The notes under the pieces were generated by a model, which saw only the letters and a list, made by a program, of their open reading frames with translations, was not told the DNA's origin and did not search any database. Both the position numbers and the translations under genes were made by a program. This document shows positions 34,563-47,099 of a stretch of DNA of 64,000 bases, piece after piece. The first letter of the stretch is position 1, and each line of letters opens with the position of its first letter. Origin of the DNA: Dicyema japonicum (taxonomy: Eukaryota > Animalia > Dicyemida). The DNA lies in NCBI GenBank assembly GCA_011109175.1, contig RDEW01000026.1:389695-453694 (forward strand). The letters are read 5' to 3'.

Positions 34563-35218
34563 CTAATCATCATCACCATAATAATTATAGCTAACTGCAT
34601 TATTTTCTTCTTCAATTTCAGACTAATTCCATTAACCATAGATTTAACCTCATCGTATTCGTCATTAGAACTATACTCGTCTGACTCCTCTTCCGACTGA
34701 CCATTCTCTTCGTCATCCTCCCTCAAGAACTTAACGGTGTCGTCTTCTGTGATCGCCTGAGTCTCCGTAGCAACTAAGCATACAAAAATGCGATTACATT
34801 CTTCAGGGATCAAATTCCGTCTCCTGAGCTCTTGGATTTCATCGTTGGTGTATTTAAGGATAATATCGCCAACGTCATTTTGGAATTCTCTGATCCCCAC
34901 CAATACGATGTCATATTTGATGACCCACACCTTCCATAAGAAAAACAATTGGAACCTTTTTCCGCATTCCTCCGCGAATATAGCACAACCGAATTCTTCC
35001 GTCTCCACAGAGTACTCTTAGTCGACAATTTCCCAACAAGTCTTGCACGAAGCCATATTCTGTTGAAATTAGTTTCCTTATGTACCCGTTTCGCCTTCTT
35101 TGCTAAGGACAAGTTCTCTAATGAAGTCATCTACCTTGTTCTTCCCTCTTTTTCTATTTTTTCCTCCCTTTCCTGGATATAATTATGTCCAACTCTACTA
35201 ACCTTTATTCTTTGGCAT
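34563..35218 (-). CDS. EIF1A: Translation initiation factor eIF1A, 6 exons
   Basis: Spliced product MPKNKGKGGKNRKRGKN..EYGFVQDLLGNCRLRVLCGDGRIRLCYIRGGMRKKVWVIKYDIVLVGIREFQNDVGDIILKYTNDE..; introns of 30, 26, 25, 24 and 26 nt, all GT-AG; frame open to TAG at 34563-34565. Confidence 0.95.
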
Positions 35219-36699
35219 ATCTCACAACCGCAGACACTTATAAACGTGTAATTAAATTAAAATAAATAAAAAAAATTATAGGTAAATAATTAAAATTGAT
35301 ATTTAGTTCACTATAATATTATCTCATTGATAAAATTAATATTTAATGACATTTAAGTGCTGTAGGGAAAAAAACCACTTGGTTTAATGGTCAAATTGGT
35401 AGAAGATTGTAAATCTAGTCACAGCTGTTTTAAAGAACGTTTAATGGATCTATTTATTGTTTTTGCTTCTATAACCTTTGTAGGTTTAGTGAGGAAGGAA
35501 GGATTTGATATGAGTTACGAAATAAAATTCAGACTGTGGATTTTAGAACTTTGATAACGATTTGTAATATAATAATTACCATCTTCCTGTGGTTATTGCT
35601 AATATTAGTATCACCACTTCTTGATTTCTCATACATCATGTTATTGTACTTACACCCCCAGTGGTCCAATAGATTCACCAATCTGCCATCAAATTGAGGC
35701 CTTTAATCTGATGGTGCTACCACTCAAAGCGATTAGTATCATGAAAATTTTAAATTCCACGAGTTATCATGGAAAACAAGATATTTTAGAGAATCATGTT
35801 TACTATCATCTTATATGTGAAACTTCCGATAAATGATCTTCAAATCAAATTTGGCTAGACGATATTTGGACCAGGGTTCGTTGACAATTTTTTTGTTCAG
35901 AATTTCGTATTTTCGATGTCTCAGGAGTTCATCTATGAGAAGAAAGAAGACAAAGAATTTTACTCATAATGAAACTTAGTAGACATTTCGTGTAAAATTA
36001 CGTCATCTGATAAGAAAGCATATTTACCAAAATGAAATTATTATTAACAAAAAATTAAGTTTGGTATGGTTGAGGGATTTTTCGGATAACATCGGTCTTC
36101 CTATAAAGCCTCGTTGAGGTCTCTTCCAAACTGGTTTATCTACAGTAAGTTAAATATAGGAAGTCAGACCACAGGCATTCTTACAGTAAGGGTTCTTCTT
36201 TAGATGAGGGTAGCCACTTTTCAGTATCAAAATCAATATATTGTATTTTTAGTTAAAAAGCTAATAAAGCATAATCCTCTCCTCCATAGCCTCTCTAACC
36301 GTTTTTTAATATCCATATCCAGTTTGTATCAAGTTTCAATTGGAGTGCAAATTTAGTAGCTATTCTCCTATATTTCTTTAGTGGCAGAATGATCATTCTT
36401 TCCTCGGAGTGAAAAACCACTCTTCTCATCCATAAATAAGTAAAGGAAAATAATCGTTTTGAGGATTGAGGAAAAATGCAAAAAGGATATTAAAAATTTT
36501 CACATATAATCAAATTTCAAGAATTCTTCATTTTCCATTAAGCAATCATTAACGGATCCTCCCACATATTCTCTAGACGCTGAGGGTCTAGAATCTGGGA
36601 TATTATAAAAAAAACCCTCTGGTGTTTCCTCAGCAGGTTGCATGTTTGATAAATTATGTTTTTTGTAGGCCCAAATTAAAACGTATATTAGGGGAGAGT

Positions 36700-37090
36700 C
36701 TGATGAAGTTAGCATCTTAGTCTTGGAAGATCTACTTGAATACTACGAAAGAGTTTCGATTCAGAATTATTATTATTAACCCNTATAGTATGACTATTTC
36801 CGGATTTGGCAAGTTTCTTATCTTCTTTTTTGGAGACTTTTGACTTTTCAGCAACTTTCTTCATTTTCTCACGATTGGCTTCCATAGCTTTCGGACAACC
36901 TCCATAATTTGCCAGATGAGTAGTCGACCCACAATTAACGCAATTTTTTGTATCATGCGATGCTTTACATTCAGATCTTCTATGTGATCCCGAACAATGT
37001 AGACACTTTTCTAAGTTCTTGCAAAACCGAGCAATATGTCCAAACTGTTGACAACAAAAACACTGAATTTCTCGCATATGATGAGACGAT
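36700..37090 (-). mobile_element. LINE ORF1 (gag-like) triple zinc-knuckle fragment, jockey/I type
   Basis: CFCCQQFGHIARFC, CLHCSGSHRRSEC, CVNCGSTTHLANYGGCP in ORF 36709..37077. Confidence 0.78.
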
Positions 37091-37849
37091 CAGAAGTTTT
37101 TCTCATTTCTTCAATAAAAAATTAGAAAACAAGTATTTCTGAAGCAAAGAAAAACAGTTAGGTATTAAATATTATTTTAATAAAACTTAAATATGTTTTT
37201 TATTAATTTAAGGTATTTTCTAAAAAAATGCTATTCAAATTTATTGATTTTATTTTTCAACTTGACCACAAAATTTTAAGGAACCAAAAATGGCCAATTT
37301 ATACATTTTACGTGATTTTTTACGTGTTATTTAGTTATGCTGTGGTCTATTTAAATTTAAAAAGAACAATGTTAAAACAGATTGGACTACCGCAATTTAA
37401 TCGCAACTTATGATATTCTATCTATTATCCAGTCGCCCTCCCCCTCGTTTTAATGGTAGTATGTGTTGCACAGTAATTTAGACCACAAGGATATAGTAAC
37501 GAAACGGTGGATGCTGGAATAATGGTTACTAACTCTCTCAAATTAAGTAGTGTTAAATCTATAATACAAAGACATGAGGGAATGGTACTAGGCAATTAAG
37601 TAAAAAAAAACATTTTCTCTTATGGTCACTGGATTGCATAACTCCAATATGAGTTTGGGGTGAATTTAAAGGCATTAAATTTTTAGACAACAATACGACT
37701 GTTGAGGATAAGAGAAAATCTAAAAAACCTGATGGCACAGCTCATGTGCATAAAACTGTGACCGAGTATTAAACTATTGCTATTGAGAGTAAACAAGGTA
37801 TTAAGTGGACACATTATTATTATTAAAAGCCAAAAATCACCGACAAATT

Positions 37850-38070
37850 AATTAACTACATAGCCGTCAGGTGATTCCGGCCGCCTCGAGTAGCCATCTC
37901 ATTCTTGCTCGGTGTTCTTCCCGGGTTCCAACGCATTTCCGGATTGGGCGGGGTTTTATAACTTTTTTGGAGGGTAGTAAGGCTCTGGTTTTTTTCAATA
38001 ATTCCTCAAAAGGTGTAAAGTTTAGAGGTGTCCAAGAAAACCTTTGCAAAGCCTTACTGGCCATTTTTTG
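37850..38070 (-). mobile_element. jockey/I-like LINE 3' end
   Basis: ORF 37867..38064 ends RKCVGTREEHRARMRWLLEAAGIT*. Confidence 0.55.
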
Positions 38071-38479
38071 GAAGGTATTGATTTTTTATATTTTCCTGCT
38101 TGATAGGTTGGTTCCCCATACAGCAAACCCGTAAGTTAGAGACGGTTCAATATACTGCACGTAGAGCGAGTCCAAATTTGAGTTGAAACACCCCTTATAA
38201 TACTCGAGTTCTCTTGAAAGCCGTTAATAATGAGTAGGGCCATCTAAATGCTACAAAATTTTTTTGATCATAATTTAATCTGAATAATTCAAAAACATAC
38301 TTTTTAATTCATTAATTTAATTTCTGACTCATAAATGGTATAATAATTGATTTCGCAAAAATGCTCCTGAGATTCGCTTCATTCTTTCCAGCTGAAACGT
38401 ATATGCACCACACCACCAAAGTTGTTATATAAAAAAGGATATAAAATAAAACTGATTTATCAAATAGTATTTACACGTA

Positions 38480-38745
38480 GATCTGCGAATTCCAAGATCT
38501 CTGAGTCTGACCGGAAATGGGCTTGCTCCATGAGTGTTCCTCAAATCAGATATTGATGATACGTTCCGCTGTTGAATGGTCACATGGTGAAATAGGGAGC
38601 AGTCCTCAGGATATATGCAAGCCTCTCCTTGTGAGCGCTGCTGGTTATTTGAGCGAATCTCGCTCGACGTCCTGAGAGGGAATATCCACACAATAAGGGC
38701 GATCGATGTATGACCCTTGACTGACTGTTTCTTCATTTTATTTTA
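38480..38745. mobile_element. CRE-clade fragment with inverted 5' segment
   Basis: 38480-38625 is CRE internal sequence in minus orientation (LAYILRTAPY; PVRLRDLGIR); 38625-38745 is the CRE 3' end in plus orientation (WLFERISLDVLRGN). Confidence 0.62.
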
Positions 38746-38769
38746 ATAAATTTTTGTTAGATTTCTGAC

Positions 38770-39000
38770 AATGTGCAATAACATATTGAGTTGCTTATTT
38801 TCTTTGGCCAACCAATTCCAATTGATTCGATGGAATGACTACAGTTTGTCGGGCTATTCTCAAAAATGCCACAAGTCCCATAATTGTAAATTATAACTGG
38901 GAGAACGAAAGAGCTGTAAAGTATTTTGTTTTTGTTCCGAGATATGTTTATGAGATAATGATCGCATTTTCTTAATGCTGGTATTACATCTTCTGAGTCT
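38770..39000 (-). mobile_element. RTE-clade LINE fragment
   Basis: KILYSSFVLPVIIYNYGT..IGIGWPKKISN (ORF 38757..39005). Confidence 0.6.
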
Positions 39001-39699
39001 CCCAACAGTGGTCATAGCTTTTTGAGTTGACAACATTCAATTGATTTCGTTTTTCATGATCTTGATATAGACTATTTTCTCTTTGTTGACTATTAGGAAC
39101 CATTTTAAAGTATTGAGTGAATTGTCTGCATAAAGTATTGAAGGATGTTAGACTTAATAATAACAAATATAAAGTTTCCCGACCATAAGAATGACGTCTT
39201 GATCCTTTCCAGGTTTGGAATTTTTATTTCAATTCTCGAGCAAAGTTTCCGCTTCTTTTGACACTGCATCTTCGATCGTTCCCCTTGAGCTTCTTTTGAC
39301 ACTGCATCTTCGACAAAATTTTCCCAGATGATTTATTTTTTCCTGATCATGAGACGGAGAAATGGAAATTTAATGATGAAGCTTTGGATGAGAATACATA
39401 TGTTCACAATATTTCTGCAATAACTGAAAAACAGGAGGACTATGAATTGATCCCCATTGAGACTGGTAATGTGTTTGAAAAGTCGAACAATGGACCAGAG
39501 ACGAGTGATGGAAGAAAAAGATCTTGGGAAATGACCAATCCTGGAGCCAAAAGGAGATGTTAAGCTTTGTTTACTCTTAATTAGATGTTAATTAGTTTTC
39601 TAATAAAAAGTAATAAAATTTTTGAAATTTTATTGTAAATTGGGGCTCCTAAATTTCTAAGTCTGAATCCTTTTAATTTTCGGAAGCTCATAAAAGCAT

Positions 39700-39990
39700 T
39701 CTCGCATTTAATTTTGGCGCGGAGATATTCCTCCCCACGCAAAGGAGCTTCTTTTCAGTGCACATCTACTGGCTTTCAAAAAACTTGAAGGTGGGGTCCG
39801 CCCCATCGCGGTCGGCAACTATTTCAGAAGACTGACAGCGAAAATCGCATGCAGCATTGTCTGTCCGAGAAAATCTGAAGAATTTCCCTCCTCCACTGGG
39901 GGTTGGTGTAAGGAACAGATGCGAGGCAGCAGTGCATGCTGCGAGGTGTTTTTTTGGACAAAAAGACGGAAAGTTATTTTTTCGACAACA
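39700..39990 (+). mobile_element. CRE-clade RT fragment
   Basis: Plus-strand LLAFKKLEGGVRPIAVGNYFRRLTAK..LGVGVRNRCEAAVHAAR. Confidence 0.8.
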
Positions 39991-40269
39991 ACCAAAATGA
40001 TTTGAATATTCAATTAAAGCGTTTTCAAAGAAAATATTTACTTTCTTCAACATTTCTCATTGTATAAGAATTGTAACCAAGAGAACAAGCATCGTTAGTC
40101 AAATTCTAATGTTAGATTATTTTTCGCAAATTTTATACTTCCAAAATACTCCTTTTATGTTTTCGATTTTTTATCTTACCGTAATCAAGCTTTGTCAATT
40201 TGTGATAAAAGAAACACAGTTCTTTATTCCTTATTCAATTCTACAGAAAATTGTGCTGATTATTATTAT

Positions 40270-40670
40270 TAAAATCACAGTCACAGAACCAAAGAACGTT
40301 ATATTAACTTGTGTCAGGTGTTTTAAATTCTGCTTCACTAGGCGTCTCCATCTCCCTCTGCTTTACCCATCTGTCCTTAGATCTTCTAGGTCATTTGCAG
40401 ATTTAAGTTTTCTTCCAATTCCATTAAGATCCTTGTTCAGAGTCACGGGTAGAGTGACTCTGAGTCTTTCTTTGAACGATGGTTTGTTCTCATTGTTAAA
40501 GTAATTGTCCATTATTATATTTGGAGGGGCGTATACGTCTATTCAAAGCACGTGTCCAAACAGTCTCCATCTTGATTCAATAATGTCGATGCTTATTGGC
40601 CTCGATTGTGCCACAGAGTATAATTTCTTATTTGAAATCTTCTTGGGCCAACCTAGGGCCAAAAATGTAA
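40270..40670 (-). mobile_element. RTE-clade LINE 3' fragment
   Basis: Highly similar to 58490-58880 (MDNYFNNEKPSFKERLRVTLPV..DLEDLR). Confidence 0.85.
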
Positions 40671-41022
40671 TATTGGTTTTAATAAAATGTAATATTTAAG
40701 AAAACGTTGATTTTGAAATTAATTTTGGTTCAGTTTATTTGGATCATGTTCTCATGAAAGGCGATGATAATGATTCAGATATATTAATTTATTTAGATGC
40801 CTTAATTTAATTTTTATTCATTTGATAATAAAACCGTAAAATTAAAAAAAAATTATTTAGAATTTTACAAATTGGGATGTTGGCTATCCAAAAGATCCTC
40901 AAACCTATAAGTGCGTTTATGCCAAGTTTCTTAAGGAAAATGAATAAATGATTTCTGTCGAAACGTAAGATTTATTTGTTACAAAAATGACGACAATTGC
41001 TATATAAATTTTTAACTTAGAT

Positions 41023-42726
41023 CAGAGGTTCCCAACCTGGGTTCCGCGAAATATTCTAGAGGTTCCGCGAAGTTACAAATTTTTTTAATTCTTTTTTCAA
41101 AACATATTAATTTAATTTGCGCGTGTCTAAATGGAGTCTTGTGACAGTGCATATCTTAAAGTTCGATCTTTTCGAAAAGTTATATTGCCTTTGGTTTCAC
41201 ACGGACTAAGGACATAGATTATCCTCTACCACTTTATTCTGTTTGCGGTGAAAAACTTGCGAATAGTTCTATGGCTCTAACGACACTTAGACGTCATTTC
41301 TAACCAAGCACCTAAACTTTCAGAGGAAAAAAATAATATTTTATGCCGAAATTGGACCAGAATAAAGTTCAAGCATCCCGTTTTACAAAAAATTAAAAAT
41401 AAACGAAAAAGCACTGCATGATAGTTATGCTGTTGCTGAGATTACCGCTAAAAATATGAAATCGCATACTCTCTTTGAAACTGTTATTTTGCCTGCATGC
41501 AAAGAATTAGTGAAGATAATGTTCGGAGAAATTGTTGCCGCTAGCTCGACTCAATTCCTATTTCTAATAATTCTGTGAGCAGACGCATCAAGGATATGTC
41601 TGATGACAATGAAGCCACTTTGGTTCGGCGAATAAAAAATCGCTTCAATTGGATGAAAACTTAGATATTACAGAAAAATGAAATTCCTTGTTTCGTTCGA
41701 TATATGAACGATGAATCCATTGTTGAAGATTTTCTTTGCTGAAAAGAGTTGCTCGGAACAACAAAGGGATATTTTCAATTATAAATTCATATTTTGATGA
41801 TATAAAATCGCGAGGCATTGATCGCAAAAACTATTGGGCTTAAATGTGCTTTGGACATGATTGTAAAAATAATTAATTACATCAAAACGAGGCCGTTGAA
41901 ATTGCGACAGTTATCGAAACTTTGTGAAAATGCATTCAGTTTTGATTTTGCATACTGAAGTAAGATGGCTCTCAAAGGTAAATATGTTAATTCGTTTATA
42001 TGAACTAAGACACGAATTTTCGGTTTTTTGTATACAAGAGAAGTTGGATGATTTTATTGAATGCCTCAATGATGAATGTTGGTGTTGCAAATTAGCATAC
42101 CTCGCCGATATTTTTCATGAACTCAATGTTCTCAATATCAGCATGCAAGGAAGAAATGAAAATTATTGAGTTGCGCGGATCACGAATGGAAACTTGGAAA
42201 TGTTCCCTCATGTGCAAAAAAGAAATTTTAAAGAAATTGTTCCACAAATTGTAGACCATTTGAAGTCACTGTTTACATGCACGAATAACTATTTCCACCC
42301 ATATCAGTTGAGGAATTTTTAGCTGAGTGCGAAATAACTGGAAACGAGCTATCATTATAAAAAAAACAATGGAATATTTACAGATTGATATTGATTCGTT
42401 TGGCTGATTGTCAAACAAGAATATCCTATTCTGGCAAACAAAGCTTTAAGAGTTTTGGTCCAGTTTTCAACGACTTATCTATGTGAAAGTGTGTTTTCTG
42501 CATTAACAAATATAATGAATAAAAAACACGCGAACCTAATGTATGTGGAAGAAGACCTGTGTTTATCCTTGTCAAGGAAAAGGCCAAATATTACAGAGCT
42601 ATGCAAGAGACATCAGCCTCAACCATCTCACTAACTATTTTATTTTTTATATTAGTAAAATATAATTGTTATAAAATATAAAATAACTGTCGGGTTCCGT
42701 GCTCTCAAAAAGGTTGGGAACCACTG
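41023..42726 (+). mobile_element. hAT Charlie/Buster (ZBED5/ZBED8-like) transposon, decayed
   Basis: TIRs CAGAGGTTCCCAAC / GTTGGGAACCACTG; 8-bp nnnTAnnn target acttagat with degenerate right copy acttaat; peptides HTEVRWLS..KLAYLADIF..LN.LN..MQG and FSTTYLCESVFS. Confidence 0.9.
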
Positions 42727-43419
42727 ACTTAATAATTACTCCAGCATTAACTGCACAAATAAATTCGTATAAAATTTAATAATATTTAGATGTTAAAAAT
42801 CAAACATATTCTATTAAAATGAGAGGAAAACTTATACAATGTTCGGAAAACCATTAAATTACCACGATTCTGCAAGAATTTGTTCTCAATTTGGTTTATC
42901 TATGGTCAAAACAGAGTCCACATATTTTATTAGTCAACTTAATAAAAATCAAAGATTCTATATGGATTATAGAATATTATGGAATGACACAACTCTCAAA
43001 TGGTTGGGAGATCCTCTTGTAATTTATATTTTTATTAAAAATAGTCGACTACTCTTTGGCTCCAAGCGAACCAAAATACAATAACGAAATTGTATGCATT
43101 ACTGTTGATGAAACTGGAAAATGGGTTTCTACAAGATGTAATGAGAAACATATAACAGTCTGTGTGGATATCGTTTATACTTTTATATTTTTAGATTCCG
43201 TAAATTATGTTGCATCAATGAATAGTTTTGTATTAAAGTAAAGGTTAAAACTAAACTTGATGTTGGAATATTCTTTGGAATTGTTGCTGTTCTGGGAATT
43301 ACATTAGGTGGATTCATCTATATTAAGTTACTGTAAATTTATATTTTAGAAAACTCAAATTAATTTATCTTCCTCATTCGGAAGCTTCAGACGATGCATT
43401 GTTAGATCTCGTTAAACAT

Positions 43420-43660
43420 TTAACTAACAACAACTAATAAATTTTCCTGATTAAACGAAAACCCCACTTTATTAACCAACAATAAAAAGTTAATAATCAA
43501 CAACCTCCTGTTCACCAGCCTCCTCAGGAAGGTTCGATTCTGGTTGCTGAAACAACTCCAAGAGCGCCTTGTCCCCAATTGAACCCTCTGCCCATATGGC
43601 ATGTCCGGGCTCTGCCTATACTCCAGTGTCCTATCTACCCCAGCTGTCTTAGATAATCCT
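43420..43660 (-). mobile_element. R4/Dong-like LINE 3' fragment
   Basis: Reverse complement closely matches 19200-19470 (LEYRQSPDMPYGQRVQL..). Confidence 0.8.
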
Positions 43661-43999
43661 TGTGGCGACAACATCTGGAGGACATACGATAACTCTGAAA
43701 AGATATCTTATAGATTTATCCTTTGTTGTATCACTTTTAAATTCCTTTGATGAATCGACTATTTTATTGCATAGGGAAAAAAATAGTATATCATTCTAAA
43801 TTTCGAATTCGTCTTTGAATTGCAGAGCATTGTTAGATTTAGTGTTCTTTGATATTACAATAAATCAAACACGTTTTATGTTAATTGATTATGGATTACA
43901 AATTATATCATTTATTATTTTTATAAGTCAGAAAATAAATAACTAAATGAATTAAAAATTACATTTTTGGAATATTCAGAATAAATTATGATCAAATAT

Positions 44000-44310
44000 G
44001 TCCGGGTGGCGCAATGTGACAGTTACCGGGCGAGAGGCTTGAAGGTCGTTAGATACTGTACATTTCGGTTGAGGGTTACACATCAACATTCTTTTGCTTG
44101 ATGAGTGACGCCGTCATCAGTGAACACTTCACTGCGGAACCGGATCGTCTATAAAGGACATACACCGAAGAAAAAGAAAACAAAGAAGAGCATTCCTTGG
44201 TTCTCCCTCATCGATTAGCTATGATAACTGTTTTGCTTAAAATAAAGTGTGTGTTCTGGGCACAAGAGAAACCATAAACATTGTTTACTGTAACGTGAAT
44301 GTGCTTAAAA
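44000..44310 (+). mobile_element. Divergent member of the SINE family at 21580/61259
   Basis: Different head (gtccgggtggcgcaatg) but shares the core gagtgacgccgtcatcagtg..cactgcggaac..gtcta and downstream cgattag..aactgtt..aataaagtgtgtgt. Confidence 0.65.
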
Positions 44311-44759
44311 ACAAAAAAATATGGGGTTCGATTTATAAAACACAAAAAATCATTTTGTTATTTTTTTACTTAAATTTTATTGTAAATCTTTTGAAGTGTG
44401 TGCAAGCTGAGGAGAGGCATGACCTATTCAGGGAATAGAGGTTAGCCCCAAGAAGAGAAGATTTATTTAGAAAGGATTTGTAAAATAATTACTTTCACTT
44501 ATTTCCCTTTGTAATGATTATTACATTTGTAAATCTTGTTTGTCAATGTCACGTGCTTCTTGTGGAACTAAGAAACGGTGTCTGAACGATGAACAGAGAG
44601 TCTCTCAAGATAAATGGGAACTTGTCTATTTTTGCACAACAGTTGATGGAAAAATACATGTAACCAGTTTATCGATATACCGAAATAATACAACCTAAAA
44701 AACATTACCAATCTAATCATAAAACATGTCAAATACAAAACGCCGGCCAAGTGCTCTGA

Positions 44760-46160
44760 GTGGCTCTCTGCCAACACCCTAAACATTGCTGAGGCTCGTA
44801 AACTGCTAAAGTCTCTGGGAATATAGACGAGATAAGAAAACTTAACTCTGAATTCAAAAAGGCAGCCAGGAAGGATAAAGAAGACTACTGGAGGTTACAC
44901 TGCAAAAAATTCAAAAAATTTGGGAAACTGGTATTTGGCCACGTGAGTGAAAAAGATCTATATTTATTCCAATACCGAAAAAGGGGATAGCAAGGACTGT
45001 TCAAACTATCGTACAATAGCCTTAATTCCCCACGTCAGCAAAATACTTATAAAGATAATACAACATCGTCTAATGCCGAAATGATTCTACCGGATGTCCA
45101 AGCAGGATTCAGGAAGGGACGAGGCACACGTGACCATATAGCAAATGTCCGGTGGATTATGTTGAAAGCCCATGAATCCCAAAAAGTGTATACATGTGCT
45201 TCATTGACTATCGGAAAGCTTTTGATTCCGTTATACATGACAAGCTGTGGTCCGCTTTAAAAGAATTTGGATTCGATGCCCATCTGATATTATCAAATCT
45301 CTTTATAAGGATCAAGAAGCTACTGTTAGAACAGTGTATGGAGATACCGATTGGTTCAAAATTTGTAAAGAAGTAAGACAAGGATGCTTATTATCTCCCA
45401 TCATATTCAATATTTATGCCGAAATGATCATGACTAAATTGGATACTGTATCAAATAACGGAATTAAAATTGGAGACAGGAACATCAATAATTTGCGCTA
45501 TGCTGACGATACAACCTTACTGGCTAAAACAGAGGATGGCCTCAGGGAGTTGATTCTAAGATTCAGAGAAAAAATAGAGTTGCGATAATGTTGTCTTTCT
45601 GGGATGTCTAATTAATCGGAATGGTGACGGAGGCTGGAAATCAAGAGGCGAATTGCCATGGGACGAGACACCTTCCAGAGAATGAATAGAATTTGGAAAA
45701 CAAAGATATTTGCTTAAGGACCAAATGCAGACTAATTAATGCAATGTTCCCGGTTTTTCTATACGGCGCAGAATCATGGATACTGAAAAAGGCGGATAGC
45801 GAAAATTAATGCTTTTGAGCTGTGGTGCTGGAGGAGGTTACTAAGAATCTTGGACCTCCAAATAGCAACTATCAATGTACTCAAACGGGTAGAGACTGAC
45901 ATTTCGCTAGAGGAAGAATCGTAAAACACAGATTGGCGTTCTTTGGGCATGTTGTCCGCTCTGATTCACTGGAAAGAACATTATGCTGAACAATATTACT
46001 GGGAAGAAAGACCTGGTCGACCAAGGACTCGGTGGCTATCCACGGTGGAAGACGTCACGGGAATGCCTATATCAAGGCTACTCCAAATTGCAGCGAATCG
46101 GGGAGAGTGGAGGAAACTCGTTCATGAGATCTCCAAGGGTCGGACACGACTAAATTGGAC
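44760..46160 (+). mobile_element. RTE (BovB-like) LINE RT and C-terminus, frameshifted
   Basis: NYRTIALI, QAGFRKGRGTRDHIAN, CFIDYRKAFDSV, VRQGCLLSPIIFNIY, LRYADD, FELWCWRRLL, RPGRPRTRW. Confidence 0.88.
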
Positions 46161-46199
46161 AACATAACATAACTAATCATCGAACATACAATCATTTCG

Positions 46200-47080
46200 A
46201 AAGTAAGTTGCTTATTAACCAAGAAGATTCAATGCTTGTTTCAAAGCTAAATAAATTGCGAAAAAAATTAACTGCGTTACAGACTCATTTCATAAAAAAA
46301 TTATAATCAAAGTATTTCATCAGTTACTGAAAGCTATGAAATTAGCAGAATACTTGCAATGAATGGAAATCATAATGCGATGGTGATTTCATCAAACGAT
46401 GCCTTGTAAAAACAGCAAAAATTACTTGTCCAGACAACGCCCACATGTTTAAAGATATTTCATTAACCAGGAATACTGTTGACGAACACAAATTATGTAA
46501 GTCACAGCTATTAAAATGAATATTTAGTTTATTTTCCTACGTGCAAAGAGCTCATGAGTACTTTTGATGCACATCTGTAATGAATTTTTCCAAGTATGAA
46601 AGACAACTAGAATCGTTGTAGAGAAATTTCAGGGAAAGATTTTAATGATTTCTCGTCTTTTGAAAAACATTTGTCATTATTCACAGCACCATTCTCTTTC
46701 AATGTTTCCAATGCAGATGAAAGCTCACAAATGTAACTATAGGAAATCCAATCAGATTATATACTTAAAGCCTAAATATTTGGAGGTTAGAATACCTGCT
46801 TTCTTTTCACATCTTGGAAAGTTTAAAAAGTTTGCGACAAAAATCATTTCTATGTTTGGTTCGACATAAGTTTGAACAGTTTTTTTCATTTATGAAATTG
46901 AAAAAAACTGCTTAAAGAACGAGACTCTGATGATAATTTATCCGCTTTAATAAAAGTCGGAACTACCACGAATAGCTGAAGCCCGCAAAAAATTTTATCC
47001 AAAAAAGATTTCAATCCTCTGGAAGTAAGCTCTCATTAAAATTAAAGGGTGGTGATTATATAATTTCTCTTATTTTTGGT
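46200..47080 (+). mobile_element. hAT (SPIN/GTF2IRD2-like) transposase remnant
   Basis: DGDFIKRCLV..FKDISLTRNTV and FATKIISMFGST..EQFFSFMK..RLSDDNL peptides. Confidence 0.7.
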
Positions 47081-47099
47081 TTTTCATTTTTTTAATACA

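Larger units (their letters stand above)
40070..43336 (+). pseudogene. Multi-domain C-type lectin membrane protein gene disrupted by RTE and hAT insertions
   Basis: CTLD1 pieces YSFYVFDFLSYRNQALSICDKRNTVLYSL (about 40140-40240) and FTNWDVGYPKDPQTYKCVY..FICYK (40860-40990); CTLD2 MFGKPLNYHDSARICSQFG..SEPKYNNEIVCITVDETGKWVSTRCNEKHITVC; TM VGIFFGIVAVLGITLGGFIYI then TAA at 43334-43336; in-frame stop and frameshifts. Confidence 0.72.

Noticed and set aside
39318-39560. About 80 open acidic codons ending GAKRRC*
   Set aside because: No start codon, splice link or recognisable domain; insufficient support.
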